Positions 13,171-27,366 of a stretch of DNA of 64,000 nucleotides are shown here, one piece after another. The position numbers and the translations under genes are program-made. This DNA is from Eledone cirrhosa (taxonomy: Eukaryota), in contig OZ024743.1 in assembly GCA_964016885.1 (NCBI GenBank), positions 344,162,001 to 344,226,000 of the forward strand. The letters are read 5' to 3'. The notes below the pieces were generated by a model. It was not told the DNA's origin, did no database searches, and worked only from the letters and a program-made list of their open reading frames with translations. Position 1 is the stretch's first letter, and each line of letters starts with the position of its first letter.

Positions 13171-13512
13171 ATCTATCTATCTATCTTAAGATGCCATATT
13201 GTATTCATGTAATTATATTCAGGTAATTTTTATATCCCTTGCTTAGAGATGTTATGTGTACGTGTATTTATTCAAAACATTTCCTTCTTGTCAACAAGCA
13301 AGTAATCACGAGAACAATCTATTATTTTCCAACGTAATTTTATGTGATTATAAAAATTAAGGGCTTGGACCATACAAATACAACACTTTCCTATGGACTT
13401 GCAACAAGGAGACAATGTAATACACTGCGCTACATTCCACAAAACAAAATACATAGAAAGGAAAATATAAATAGACAATGCATCCATGTTTTATACAATT
13501 CCCCACAACAAT

Positions 13513-13852
13513 GGTAAAGATCCCTTCGGTCATGAATGATTGTGGAATGCACACCTAGAAAACTCTCCTCCAAGGCGCAAGTCCGGGTAAGGTTGTTTGA
13601 GGAAGACCAGCAGTCACCCATGCATACCAGCCTCCCCTCTCCATGCCACCGATGTTGTCCAGGGAAAGGCAATGGCCGATACATCTTGGCCCCAGTGACG
13701 TTGCAACTCATTTCTACAGCTGAGTAAACTGGAGAAGCGTGAAATAAAGTGTCATGCTGAAGGACACAACACATCACCCGGTTCGGAATTCGAACTCCCA
13801 ACCTCACGTTTGCAAGCCCAAATGCTCTAACCATTAAGCCACAGGCCTTCAC
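13513..13852 (-). mobile_element. tRNA-headed SINE, family B
   Basis: Minus strand starts GTGAAGGCCTGTGGCTTAATGGTTAG..GGGAGTTCGAATTCC (A/B boxes); homologous copy at ~54195-54520. Confidence 0.8.
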
Positions 13853-14004
13853 AATAATAGACGATTAATTATGGAAGCCTTATTAATAACACAACACAAT
13901 ACTAAAACAAATACAGACTACTTACATATAATATATAGAAAAATAAACGATCGAAGTTTGGCAGTAAAGTCTAAACAAGTCACATTTGCCTATGATAGGA
14001 TACG

Positions 14005-14290
14005 TAGACGCAGCATGTCCGGATGGTTAAGAAAATAGAATCAGAAGGTTTACAATCAGAAGGTTTCGGGTTCGATCGTATTGCGTGACATCTTGGGCAA
14101 ATGTCATTTACCATAGACTCTGGTTCATCCATGCGTTGTGAGTGAAACTGTGTAGGGGAAGCTTTTTGGAAGCTCGCTGGTCTTGTCAAATACTGCATTA
14201 CATTAAGCCATGGTGGGAATTGCATTACGAGTATACACGTTACTTTCAAACAACTGGGGCAATCATCGTCAAAACCGACGGACGTCCATT
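14005..14290 (+). mobile_element. Degenerate tRNA-headed SINE (another family)
   Basis: GGATGGTTAAG..GGGTTCGATC B-box followed by CTTGGGCAAATGTC, a CORE-like segment. Confidence 0.55.
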
Positions 14291-14336
14291 CCATTCTACA
14301 TAATTCGCACACACACATACGCGCATAGATACACAG

Positions 14337-14401
<65 letters not shown>

Positions 14402-14430
14402 CCTTATATATATATATATTTATATATATA

Positions 14431-15022
14431 CTAGCTAAAGTACCCGTCCTTTGGACGGTTCAAGGAGCTTTCGATGTAGCTCATTAAACTAAACAAAGTA
14501 AATTTGAATACATAGAAGAAAAACGTACTTTATGTAAACATGAAAACCCTAGGCACTATTCCAGCGAAATAATTAATTTGTGAGCTCCGTGTCATCCGTT
14601 ATACCATATAACAACAGAAATCCAGTCTAGGTATACATTTTTTTTACAACAGTAAAACCCTTTGTTTCAAGTACAAAGAGTAAAGTAAAATCCGAATGAG
14701 CCGCATTGTAATAATCAAAATCCCAAAACAAAATTTTTGACAACACCAAAAATGAGTTCCTATTGTATTGACGAAAGATAACTCTTGTCTTACCTAATCA
14801 CGAAAATAGACACAAATAACCGAAACATTTTTAATGTGTCCAAAGGCCCCAATATCGTTTTTTGAAAGCCTTTGTAGATCATGTACAGGTTTTGTGCAAG
14901 GAGAAGCTCTGAAAAAAATTTGAAAGAAATCGCATGAATGGTTTAGAATATATGAGCCCCCATTAAAAATTGTCCACACACACACACACACACATAGAAA
15001 GCTTCAGCATTATATATATACA
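14431..15022 (-). mobile_element. Non-autonomous Helitron-like element
   Basis: Minus strand ends with hairpin CCGTCC-AAA-GGACGG then CTAG; 5' end TGTATATATATAATGC (TC start apparently mutated); internal (CA)n near the 5' end. Confidence 0.65.
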
Positions 15023-15087
15023 GTTATATATATATACCATATAATTTTACCCTTGTGAGATATATTAAAAAAGAACCTTACTTTCGA

Positions 15088-16986
<1,899 letters not shown>

Positions 16987-17484
16987 GGGTGACTTTGGAC
17001 ATCCTGCAGGACTAAAAACAAAACCTGTCAAAGGGCCATGGAGCTCTTGAGCGTCAATGGCCATCCAAAATCACCGGGAGAGATGACCCCTTAGCCTTTG
17101 TCAAGGCAGAATTCTAGGAGAAGGAAAACTCTGATATAACACCTGCAACCCTGATGGTATCCAATGATGTTGACTTGTTCTTCTTTTTGGTAAATATCAT
17201 CTTGGTTAAGAGAGTGGGACTGGCTTTGTGCAGTGCCTTTGCTCACTATAAAAGCCTCACGGCACAGGCATTGCTTTATATCTGGAGATCTCTCTGCACT
17301 TGTCATCACATGGTACCATGGGCCCTGCACTATGTGTCAATAATGGTCACAAGTGTAGTCTTTGTACCAGAGTTTTCAAGTCGCTGGCTGGACTAGAAAG
17401 TCACATTCGTTCAGCGCATCGGTAGGGGTTCTCCTACATGGATATAAAGTAGTGGCCGTACTCGAAAACGAGTTGGCAGCCACC
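16987..17484 (+). mobile_element. ~500-bp non-coding insertion in (TATG)n, possibly an RTE-derived non-autonomous element
   Basis: (TATG)n on both sides; contains CTTAGCCTTTGTCAAGGCAG..TCTAGGAGAAGGAAAACTCTGA, which resembles a motif I recall from RTE-clade 5'UTRs. Confidence 0.45.
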
Positions 17485-17503
17485 ATGTATGTATGTATGT
17501 ATG

Positions 17504-17552
<49 letters not shown>

Positions 17553-17657
17553 CTCATCACAAAGACCCACTGACATATTTCCCACATATATATAATACAG
17601 AGAGAAGCAGAATGAGAGCGGGAGAGACAGAGAGATGTAAACCCTATTAAAAAAATG

Positions 17658-17830
17658 TTGGCAGTATCGGTAGAGGGTCGGACATGCTTTCCAGCATAGT
17701 TACGTCCCTTTACGTTCTGAGTTCAAATCCCGCCGAGGTTTACTTTGCCTTTCATCCTTACGGGGTCGATAAAATAAAGTACCAGTAATGTACTGGGTAA
17801 TTGCTGGCCTTGTGCCTAAAATAGAAACAA
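17658..17830 (+). mobile_element. SINE family A
   Basis: TTGGCAGTATCGGTAGAG..GAGTTCAAATCCCGCCGAGG..GTCGATAAAATAAAGTACCAG..AGAAACAATTATT. Confidence 0.88.
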
Positions 17831-18013
17831 TTATTATATATATATGCATTTATGTATTTATATCAAACTATACGGATCACTCACACATACACGCATATGT
17901 ATATTTACATAAAAAGTTTTTTTTATAAACGTAAATGTATGACTATGTATGTTGTATATATAAAACATGCCTGTATATAGGTATACGTATTGATATATAT
18001 GTATGTATATAAG

Positions 18014-18054
<41 letters not shown>

Positions 18055-18926
18055 ATGTGTTGTATGTATTTACATACACACACGTATATATATGTATATA
18101 TGTATATATCTGTGTACGTATGTGTGTGTGTGTGTATGTGTCTGTAAAAGAGAAAGTGAGAGAGTTAATGTATCCGAGATAAAACTCTCTCTCTCTCTGT
18201 CTCTCTCTCTCTCTCTCTATCTCTCGCTTTCTCTCTCACACACACATATACACACACACGCACACAAATACGTATATATATACGACATAATACGCATAAA
18301 TATAAACATAAACAATAAGAAACACACATATATTCGCACATATACATACACATATACAGCAGCTCTTCCGCCCTTTACAAATATTCACACTCCCACGCTA
18401 TACGAAATCTTCACCATACATACACAAACATGCATACATACACGCATTCAAACCCGCCACCACATCTCGCACCTTTTCAAATCTACATCTAGTTTAATTA
18501 GTAACAAAACTCGAACTCATGTGAGCCATTTATTATTTCTTGGAACAATTTATCATTAATTTATTTATTATTTTATTGAATTTTGTTAGATTTAAGTCGC
18601 TACTCCAAAATTTTATATTATTTCAATTTGACGAAATTTAGTTATTGACAATTTCGGGAATGTTTGATTTAAAGTAAATAAGAATTTCTCTACTCAAATG
18701 CTTACATTTTCACTTATGAATATTTGCTGCAGTGTATTTAATGAACTTTATTTTATTTTTATATAGAAATAAGTAAACAGTTAAATAGATAGATATGTGA
18801 ATAAATAGATAGATATAGATATAGATAGATAGATAAATTGATAAGTAAATAAATAGATATATAAATACAGATGTATATATAAAGAGAGGAATACAAGAAT
18901 GAGGGATTGAGAGATAGTTACATGCA

Positions 18927-18983
<57 letters not shown>

Positions 18984-19076
18984 GTATATACATATGTATG
19001 TGCGTATATATATATGTATGTATACATATATTTATATATATATGTATATATATATATTTTATATATATATATATAA

Positions 19077-19161
<85 letters not shown>

Positions 19162-19539
19162 ATATATATATATGTGTATATATATATATGTGTATATATA
19201 TATATATATGAAGAGAGCTAGATAAATGAATAAACTTATAAATAGATAAATAAATAAATATATATATAATTTTCCCTTTTCTTGACAATAATTATTCTTT
19301 GTTTACATTTTGTTTGAAGATTTAATGATTTTCATTTTGTATTAATTTTATTTCATGTTCTGAAACAAAATATTACAAAGTGCTAATATTCTACAACGTA
19401 AAACCCATTTTCAAATTTCTTCTTAGCATTCTAACGTTATTACATTTCTGGGGTTGCTTTTATTTGTTTTACATTTATATATCATTATATTATTTTTCAA
19501 TTTGTTACATTTTAGTTGAAGCTATCTTATTGTGGCCAG

Positions 19540-19930
19540 GTCGTTGGATTAGCAATATCATTATATCATCGAACAGAATGCTCTGGAGTGTTTATTCAGG
19601 CTCTATGCGTTTGAATTGAAATTACGCCTTTCATCATTCTAGGGTCGATAAAATAAAGTATCAGTCAAGTACCTGGATTGATTTAATAGACTTCCTCATT
19701 CCTCTAAAATTGGTGACTCTGTGTTTAAATTAACGACTGTTGTTGTTGACAGGTTTTGGTTGTATGTTGGTATTGTAGGCGGTGGAGTTGCAGTGTTGTT
19801 AAGCCGTTGGACAAAATGCTTTGTGATATTTGTTACGGCTAGCTAAGCTCAAATTAAGCATAGTTCAACCCTGTCTTTCATCCTTTCGGAGTCGATAAAT
19901 AGAGATCAGTTCAAGACTGGGATCGATTCT
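19540..19930 (+). mobile_element. Two degenerate SINE family A-type copies
   Basis: GCCTTTCATCATTCTAGGGTCGATAAAATAAAG and TCTTTCATCCTTTCGGAGTCGATAAAT cores. Confidence 0.6.
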
Positions 19931-20336
19931 TCTCTCTTTTACCTGTTTCAGCCATCCGGCTGAGGCCATGCTGGGGCACCGCCCTCTCTCTCACTTTCTT
20001 TCTTTCTTTCTCAACCCCTCTCTCTGTTTGTGGCCAAATCTGGAGAGGAGCAGGCGCTGCCAGGTTTAAAATACCTGAGACGCCGTTCTTATGACTTCGT
20101 TATGAGTTATGGAATTAGTGGCCAGATGTTATTCTATGGATAAAGTAGTTGTCGTAATATTGGTGATTAACTTCTAATACTATCACGGTCAACATTGCCT
20201 TTCTTCCTTTTGGGGTCAATGAAATAAAACACCAGTACAAGGCGGTCAATGGATGAAATTGTTAAAACGTTGAACCTTGTGGTATATCTAAGTTCAAATC
20301 CCACTTTAGCTTACAACAATGCCCCTTCAAATAAAT

Positions 20337-20990
20337 AATGGTTTCTGATTTAAGCACAAGGCCAGCAATTACCCAGTGCATTACTGGTACTTTATTTTAT
20401 CGACCCCGTAAGGATGAAAGGCAAAGTCAACCTCGGCGGGATTTGAACTCAGATCGTAAAGGGACGTAACTATGCTGGAAAGCATGGCGTCCGACCCTCT
20501 ACTGATACTGCCAATCCACCCCCTCCAAATAAATAATGGTTTCTGATTTAAGCACAAGGCCAACATTTTTACGGGAGGGAAAAGTCGATTAAATCGACCC
20601 CAGTGCGTTATTGGTGCTTTATTTTATCGACCCGGTAAGGATGAAAGGCAAAGCTAACTTTGGTGGGATTTGAATTCAGAACGTAAAGGGCCATAACTCT
20701 ACGCCACAAAGGATATTTTCCAACTCCTAACCGATACTGATAATCCACTGCTCTTCCACTTCAAATAAATAATGATTTCTACTATAGACACAAGGACAGC
20801 AATTTAGGGGGAGGGGAAAGTCGATTAAATCGACTTCCAGTAAATTACTGGTGCTTTATTTTATCGACCCCGTAAAGATGAAAGGCAAAGCTAACCTCCG
20901 TGGGATTTGAACTCGGAATGTAAAGGGCCGTAACTCTATAGCATAAAACATATTTTCCGACGCCTAACCGATACTGCCAATCCATTGCTT
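20337..20990 (-). mobile_element. Tandem array of three SINE family A copies
   Basis: Three head-to-tail copies, each with the TTTTATCGACCC..GATGAAAGGCAAAG core and AATAATG tail on the + strand. Confidence 0.88.
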
Positions 20991-22231
20991 TTCCCCTTTA
21001 AATAAATAATGAAAATCATCTATATATTAAGGAGTTAACTATTCTAAATAAAACGAAGAAAGAATCAAGACAAGATACTGTTGGTCTTGATTCAGTCCAG
21101 CAGACGTAAGACAGACTGATGGCCTCCCAGCTGAGACGACCTCGTATGTTTGTATATCTAGAAATACATTGTTCTATCTGCTCTTTTTAAAACGGTACGA
21201 TCTGATTCGAGGAAAACGTTTTGCCATTTCTAGGAAGTCCAGTAGCTACGAGACAAGTTATGAAAAAGGATGTTGTGAATTAGTTATGAGAAGAAAAGTA
21301 AAATAATTGGTAATCCAGGAAATGGCAAAGTGGACAGGACCTAGGCATAATTTTATTGTTCTTGCGATTTATAGCGATTATTTGGTTGTTAATTTCTCAA
21401 ATACAATAAACAAAGGGATGCAAATATTCCATGGTTGTGGTGGACAAAATATAGAAAGTGTTAAATTGAAGAGTGGAGACGGAAATGCACAGAAAAAGCC
21501 AGCCACCCGACGAGGCTCGTTCTTACAGATGACCATCTCATTACTATCGAGCTCATTAGGAATTATATCCAAATTAAATAAGAATTTTCTCCACACAAAT
21601 CCCATTCTACAGTTGAAACTATAAGCTAGAAATAAAAGAAGGAAAATAAAAGCGAATGGATTCTCCGTCAGTTTCGACAATATGTATTCCAATTGTTCAG
21701 TTAAATGAACTACCTACACGTTTTATTAGCGTGTAACTGGATGAATGTTCTACAGGCACGTGGACTTTTAACTTAATACTCGGGTCTCAGAATTGGCGTG
21801 ACACAATATGAAACAAAGCTATTTGAATTACAGTACAGCCAACTGGCTTCCAAAGAGTTTCCGAGGCTATGGTAAACCAATTTTTATGTGACACAGTAGA
21901 ATCGAAGCAACTGGGCTACATGACTGCGAGGTAACATAAATTACAGTTTATTCTTGTCTCATACTGAGTGAGCAGACGCCACCGAAAATGGATAAAAATC
22001 CCGAAACCTTATCGCCTGGCGTCCTCACACAGCTACTGAGATAGCTATGACACGATGACAGCTTAGAACACACGTAGCAAGTCTTTCATCCTTATGGGGA
22101 CGATAAAATAAAGTACCAGTAATGCACTGGGATGATTGTTGGCCTTATGCCAAAAATAGAAACAATTATATATAAACATGTCGTTTATGCTTTCATACAT
22201 CTCCATATATATATATATATATATGCAAATG

Positions 22232-22265
<34 letters not shown>

Positions 22266-22343
22266 CACCCCACTCTCCAGAGCGTGAAATTAATAAACAT
22301 TCGTTGTACTGCCTCTCTGTTTTGTTCCTGTTCAAATTTTTCC

Positions 22344-22391
<48 letters not shown>

Positions 22392-22888
22392 AATATATGC
22401 AAATAACATTTCCAGACGATGTCTACTATTTGGTATATGCGTATGAGCATCTCTAGCAAATGATCATCACGCAAGATGTTATCTACATAGACAATAGTCT
22501 ATTTCATGCCACTACTGTTTTGAGTGGGTCTCACAAATGATAGAGATTAGGAAATCTTGAAACAACGTTGCATGACATTCTCGAAATGTACTGGCACCTT
22601 TGTAATTTATCCACAGAAGAAAATAGAAAAAAATAAATTTATTATGAACCAGGATGTTGTGAATTAGTTCTGAGAAGGAAAGCCAAATAATTATCTTCGG
22701 CAGTGCGGCTACTCATATGTTTTTTCTATACAAACGTATTACATGTGTTCATGTTTTCATATACAACTCTATTAAGCTTGCACGCTGTCTTAGTGCTACC
22801 GCCAATTAAAAAAATATATTTATGCATGTATGTATATATATAATATATATATGTATATATATATATATGTATATATATATTATATATA

Positions 22889-22955
22889 TTTATTAAAATA
22901 ACAGATTAAAGTTTAAGCAAAGAATCACTGCTTTCTCCCTTAACGGGGTTTTCAA
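22889..22955 (-). mobile_element. Fragment of a (TA)n-associated short repeat family (also 33024-33068, 33091-33310, 38690-38852)
   Basis: TTTATTAAAATAACAGATTAAAGTTTAAGCAAAGAATC.CTGCTTTC.CCCTTAACGGG recurs at these sites. Confidence 0.75.
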
Positions 22956-22958
22956 ATA

Positions 22959-23425
22959 CGGCGAATCCCTAATTAACTTTTTCAAGTTTCACTTGAAGAG
23001 GAAAATCAGGGTGGAGAGGCAAGTGCTGCCTTCTAGCAAGTTTGTTGAAAGGTGGATGAATGTAGCGAGAATGGTCCGAGTGAACGGGGCCGCTCTGAAT
23101 ATATGTCTGTAGTTTGAGAGATGGAAAAATTGAGAGAGGGCGCTTGCCCTGGTGGTCAGGGTGGCCGTGGTCTTTTGTGTGGTTTTCGCCACGAGTAACC
23201 CTCGGAGGTTTCCCCCCTATTGGAGAATTTTTCATTGTTTCAATTTTCATTTTTATTGTTTATATATATATATGTTTCTATGTCTTTTTTTTCTTTTCTT
23301 ATATAAATAATAAAAATCTTTACACGCACAAAACCCACATCGTACTGCCCTGTACCATCCTGTACCGTCCTGTGCCGTCTGTAATGTTTTTCTTGATGTC
23401 AGCCCTTGTGGCCAATAAAGAAATC
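22959..23425 (+). mobile_element. 3' fragment of an (ATT)n-associated Tx1 family (Tx1-B type)
   Basis: Encodes ..LINFFKFHLKRKIRVERQVL..RMVRVNG as in the Tx1-B C-terminus; ends GCCCTTGTGGCCAATAAAGAAATC followed by (ATT)n. Confidence 0.88.
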
Positions 23426-23453
23426 ATTATTATATATTATTATTATTATTATT

Positions 23454-24861
23454 GTTCTTTGAATCTCAGTCATTGATGTTATTTAACTGGAAAGTTTGTT
23501 GAAATGAATATCAAGCCACTACCTGCAGCCTCAGATATTCAGGACGTATCGGAGGGTTCTTGCTGTTCCCAGCAAGCATGCCTTTTGAAGTGTTCCAAAA
23601 AGCGATGCGGGACCAATTTTCTTTAACCATCCCTGGAAACTCTTTGAGAGAGTACCTAGTGCGCCTATGACAATTGGGACCACTTTGACTTCATGGCAGT
23701 TCCAAATCCTTTTTACCTCCCACTTTAAGTCCTGGTATCGGTTAATTTTCTCCCTCTCCTTCTCTTCCACTCTCGTGTCGAATGGGCAGGCTACATCCAC
23801 AATCAGGCACGATCTTTTTTCCTTGTTCAAAACCACCAGGTCAGGCCTATTGTGTTCCAGTTTCTTGTCCGTCTGTATCCTAAAATCCCACAGCACCTTC
23901 ACCTGATCGTTTTCTATCACCGACTCTGGTTTATGCTCATACCACTTCTCAGAACGTAGTAAATTATTTACTTTGCATAGGTGCCAGTGGATCATGCCTC
24001 CACATGACATCATGTCTCCAGCCTTTATAGTGAGTCTGGGCTAGGTGTTTACACTCGGATACAATGTAAGCCACAGTCTCCTCTCTCCACAGATCCTACA
24101 CAGTGGGATAGCCTCCCCCTTGGAAATATGGTGTTTCAGCCACTTCGAGGGCCTGCTCTTGCGCAGCCATTAGCATTCCTTCTGTACCCTTTTTAAGGCC
24201 TCCTCTTTTCAACCAGTTCCATGTCTGTGGATCTCTAAATTCAGTTTTCTCAAAGAAGGTACTATGAAGGGATTTTTCATGAAGGTTGCTCTTTCTCCTT
24301 GTTATTTCCTCCTTGGACATCGCCTAGTTTATTGTCCTCTCCTTCAGTACAATTTTGAGCATCGGCTCCCTACTATCAGTCACGTATTTGTGTAGGTTGT
24401 TTTTCTCCATCTGAACACAGTCCTCTATGCTGATAAGACCTCTTCCACCTTCAGATCTCCTTAAGTAGAGTCTATCGACATCACTCCTCTTGTGGAACAT
24501 GTTGTAGATAGTCAATAGCTTCCTAGTCTTCCTATCCATTTCTTTTTGTTCAGCAACATTCCATCTCAGAATTCCCGCACTGTACCTAATAATAGACACA
24601 GCTCGGGAATTTACTGCACTTATGGCATTCCTACTGTTCAGATGTGATTTTAATACGCTCCTTACTCCCCGAATGTATTCAGATCTTATCAATTCCTTCA
24701 TTTTTTTTGTTCTTGATGTCATCAGCTTCCAGAACATCTAAATATTTGTATCCTTCTTCAGTGTCAATTTCCTTTATCATCTCACCTGCTGGTACCTGGA
24801 TTCCGTTGCTTCTGCTCAATTTACCTCTCTTCATCACAAGGACTCCACACTTACTAATACC
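23454..24861 (-). mobile_element. 5'-truncated R4/Dong-like RLE non-LTR retrotransposon, copy 1 (frameshifted)
   Basis: ORF pieces 24679-24897, 24324-24737 and 23531-24013 with YKYL, GGRGL, AAQEQAL, HNRPDLVV, IVDVACPFD, PIVIGALG, LQKACLLGT; (AAT)n on both sides. Confidence 0.9.
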
Positions 24862-24877
24862 TATTATTATTATTATT

Positions 24878-24969
24878 GTTCTTTGAGTCTCAGTCATTGA
24901 TATTGGTTAACTGGAAAGTCTGTTGAAATGAATATCACGCCACTACCTGCAGCCTCAGATATTCAGGAC
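24878..24969 (-). mobile_element. R4/Dong-like copy 2, ~90-bp 3' end only
   Basis: Matches the 3' ends of copies 1 and 3; flanked by (TAT)n. Confidence 0.85.
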
Positions 24970-24993
24970 TTATATTATTATTATTATTATTAT

Positions 24994-25093
24994 AACCGAG
25001 GTTAACTTTGCCTTTCATCCTTACGGGGTCGATAAAATAGAGTACCAGTAATACACTGGGATAATTGCTGGCCATGTGCCAAATGTAGAAACA
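24994..25093 (+). mobile_element. 5'-truncated SINE family A within (ATT)n
   Basis: CCGAGGTTAACTTTGCCTTTCATCC..AGAAACAATTATT. Confidence 0.85.
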
Positions 25094-25115
25094 ATTATTA
25101 TTATTATTATTATTA

Positions 25116-27103
25116 TTTTTCTTTGAGTCTCAGTCATTGATGTTATTTAACTGGAAAGTTTGTTGAAATGAATATCAAGCCACTACCTGCAGCCTCAGAT
25201 ATTCAGGCGTATCGGAGGGTTCTTGCTGTTGCCAGCAAGCATGCCTTTTGAAGCGTTCCAAAAAGCGTGGCGGGGCCAATTTTCTTTAACCATCCCTGGA
25301 AACTCTTTGAGATAGTACCTAGTGCGCCTATGACAATCGGGACCACTTTGACTTCATGGCAGTTCCAAATCCTTTTTACCTCCCACTTTAAGTCCTGGTA
25401 TCGGTTAATTTTCTCCCTCTCCTTCTCTTGCACTCTCGTGTCGAATGGGCAGGCCACATCCACAATCAAGTACGATCTTTTTTCCTTGTCTAAAACCACC
25501 AGGTCAGGTCTATTGTGTTCCAGTTTCTTGTCCGTCTGTATCCTAAAATCCCACAGCACCTTCACCTGATCGTTTTCTATCACCGCCTCTGGCTTATGCT
25601 CATACCACTTCTCAGAATGTGGTAAATTGTATACTTTGCATAGGTGCCAGTGGATCACCCTGCCCATCACATCATGTCTCCAGCCCTTATAGTGAGTCTG
25701 GGCTAGGTGTTTACACTCGGATACATTGTGAGCCACAGTCTCCTCTCTCTCACCACAGATCCTGCACAGTGGGATAGCCTCCTCCTTGTAAATATGGTGT
25801 TTCAACCACTACGTTTTGAGGGCCTGCTCTTGCGCAACCATTAACATTCCTTCTGTAGCCTTTTTAAGGTCTCCTCTTTTCAACCAGTTCCATGTCTTTG
25901 GATATCTGAATTCAGTTTTCTCAAAGAAGGTACTATGAAGGGATTTTTCATGAAGGCTGCTCTTTCTCCTTGTTGTTATTTCCTCCTTGGACATTCCCTG
26001 GTCTATTGTCCTCTCCTTCAGTACAATTTTGAGCATTGGCTCCTTACTATCGGTCACGTATTTGTGTAGGTTGTTTTTCTCCATCTGAACACAGTCCTCT
26101 ATGCTGATAAGACCTCTTCCACCTTCAGATCTCCTTAAGTAGAGTCTATCGACATCACTCCTCTTGTGGAACATGTTGTAGCTAGTCAATAGCTTCCTAG
26201 TCTTCCTATCCATTTCTTTTTGTTCAGCAACATTCCATCTCAGAATTCCCGCACTGTACCTAATAATAGACACAGCTCGGGAATTTACTGCACTTATGGC
26301 ATTCCTACTGTTCAGATGTGACTTTAATACGCTCCTTATTCTCCGAATGTATTCAGATCTTATCAATTCCTTCATTTTTTGTTCTTGATGTCATCAGCCT
26401 CCAGAACACCTAAATATTTGTATCCTTCTTCAGTGTCAATTTCCTTTATCATCTCACCTGTTGGTACATGGATTCCGTTGCTTCTGCTCAATTTACCTCT
26501 CTTCATCACAAGGACTCCACACTTACTAATACCAAATTGCATACACATATCATTGCTGAAAATACTGACAGTGTCAACAAGCCCATCCAACTCCCTCTCA
26601 CTCTTCCCGAAGAGCTTAAGATCGTCCATGAAGAGGAGGTGATTGATGGTAAGCTCTCCCTTTCCCAACTTGTATCTTGCTCTCACTTTTCGCAGTATAA
26701 TGGTCAGGGGCATCAGGGCAAGGACAAACAACAGAGGGGACATACTATCTCCCTGGAAGAAACCTCTCTTGATCTTTACGCCTCCCAAGGATTCTCCAGC
26801 TGATGTTAACTCTGTTTTCCAGGACTTCATACTTTTGCCCAACAACTGTCTGATGTTATCTGCCACCTTGAAGATCTCTAGGCTTTTGGTGATCCAAGAA
26901 TGAGGCACCATGTAAAATGCCTTTTTGTAGTCTATCCATCCCATGGCAAGACCAGTGTGACTCCTCTTGCAATTCCTCATTACCATCTTATCAATAAGTA
27001 ACTGGTCCTTTGTACCACGGGACTTCTTTCGGCATCCTTTTTGTTCGTCCGGTAACAAGTTATTTGTGTGGAGGTGATGGTAGATTTCCTCAGACATAAT
27101 GCA
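25116..27103 (-). mobile_element. R4/Dong-like RLE non-LTR retrotransposon, copy 3 (5'-truncated, one frameshift and one stop)
   Basis: RT ([32 protein letters not shown]) at 26372-27097; 25809-26375; zinc knuckle CRIC..ETVAH...C, RHD and PD-(D/E)xK-type nuclease at 25203-25805. Confidence 0.93.
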
Positions 27104-27104
27104 A

Positions 27105-27150
<46 letters not shown>

Positions 27151-27366
27151 GGCGACCTACGTAGTAAATCGTATCATCGTGAGATCCGCAAAGGTTTGTT
27201 ATTTTCAGTTGTTTAAAATTGCCATTTATGGAACATTTTTATTGTTAACTGTATATAAGTTTACAAACATTGATTTCTGAAAAGGACACTCAAAAATATT
27301 GGGGCCTTGAGCCCAAAATTTAAACTTTTTATAATTATCAAACAAAACAAACTTCTTTGAAAAATC

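Noticed and set aside
21307-21692. Overlapping ~105-aa ORFs on both strands
   Set aside because: No recognisable motif or splice support.
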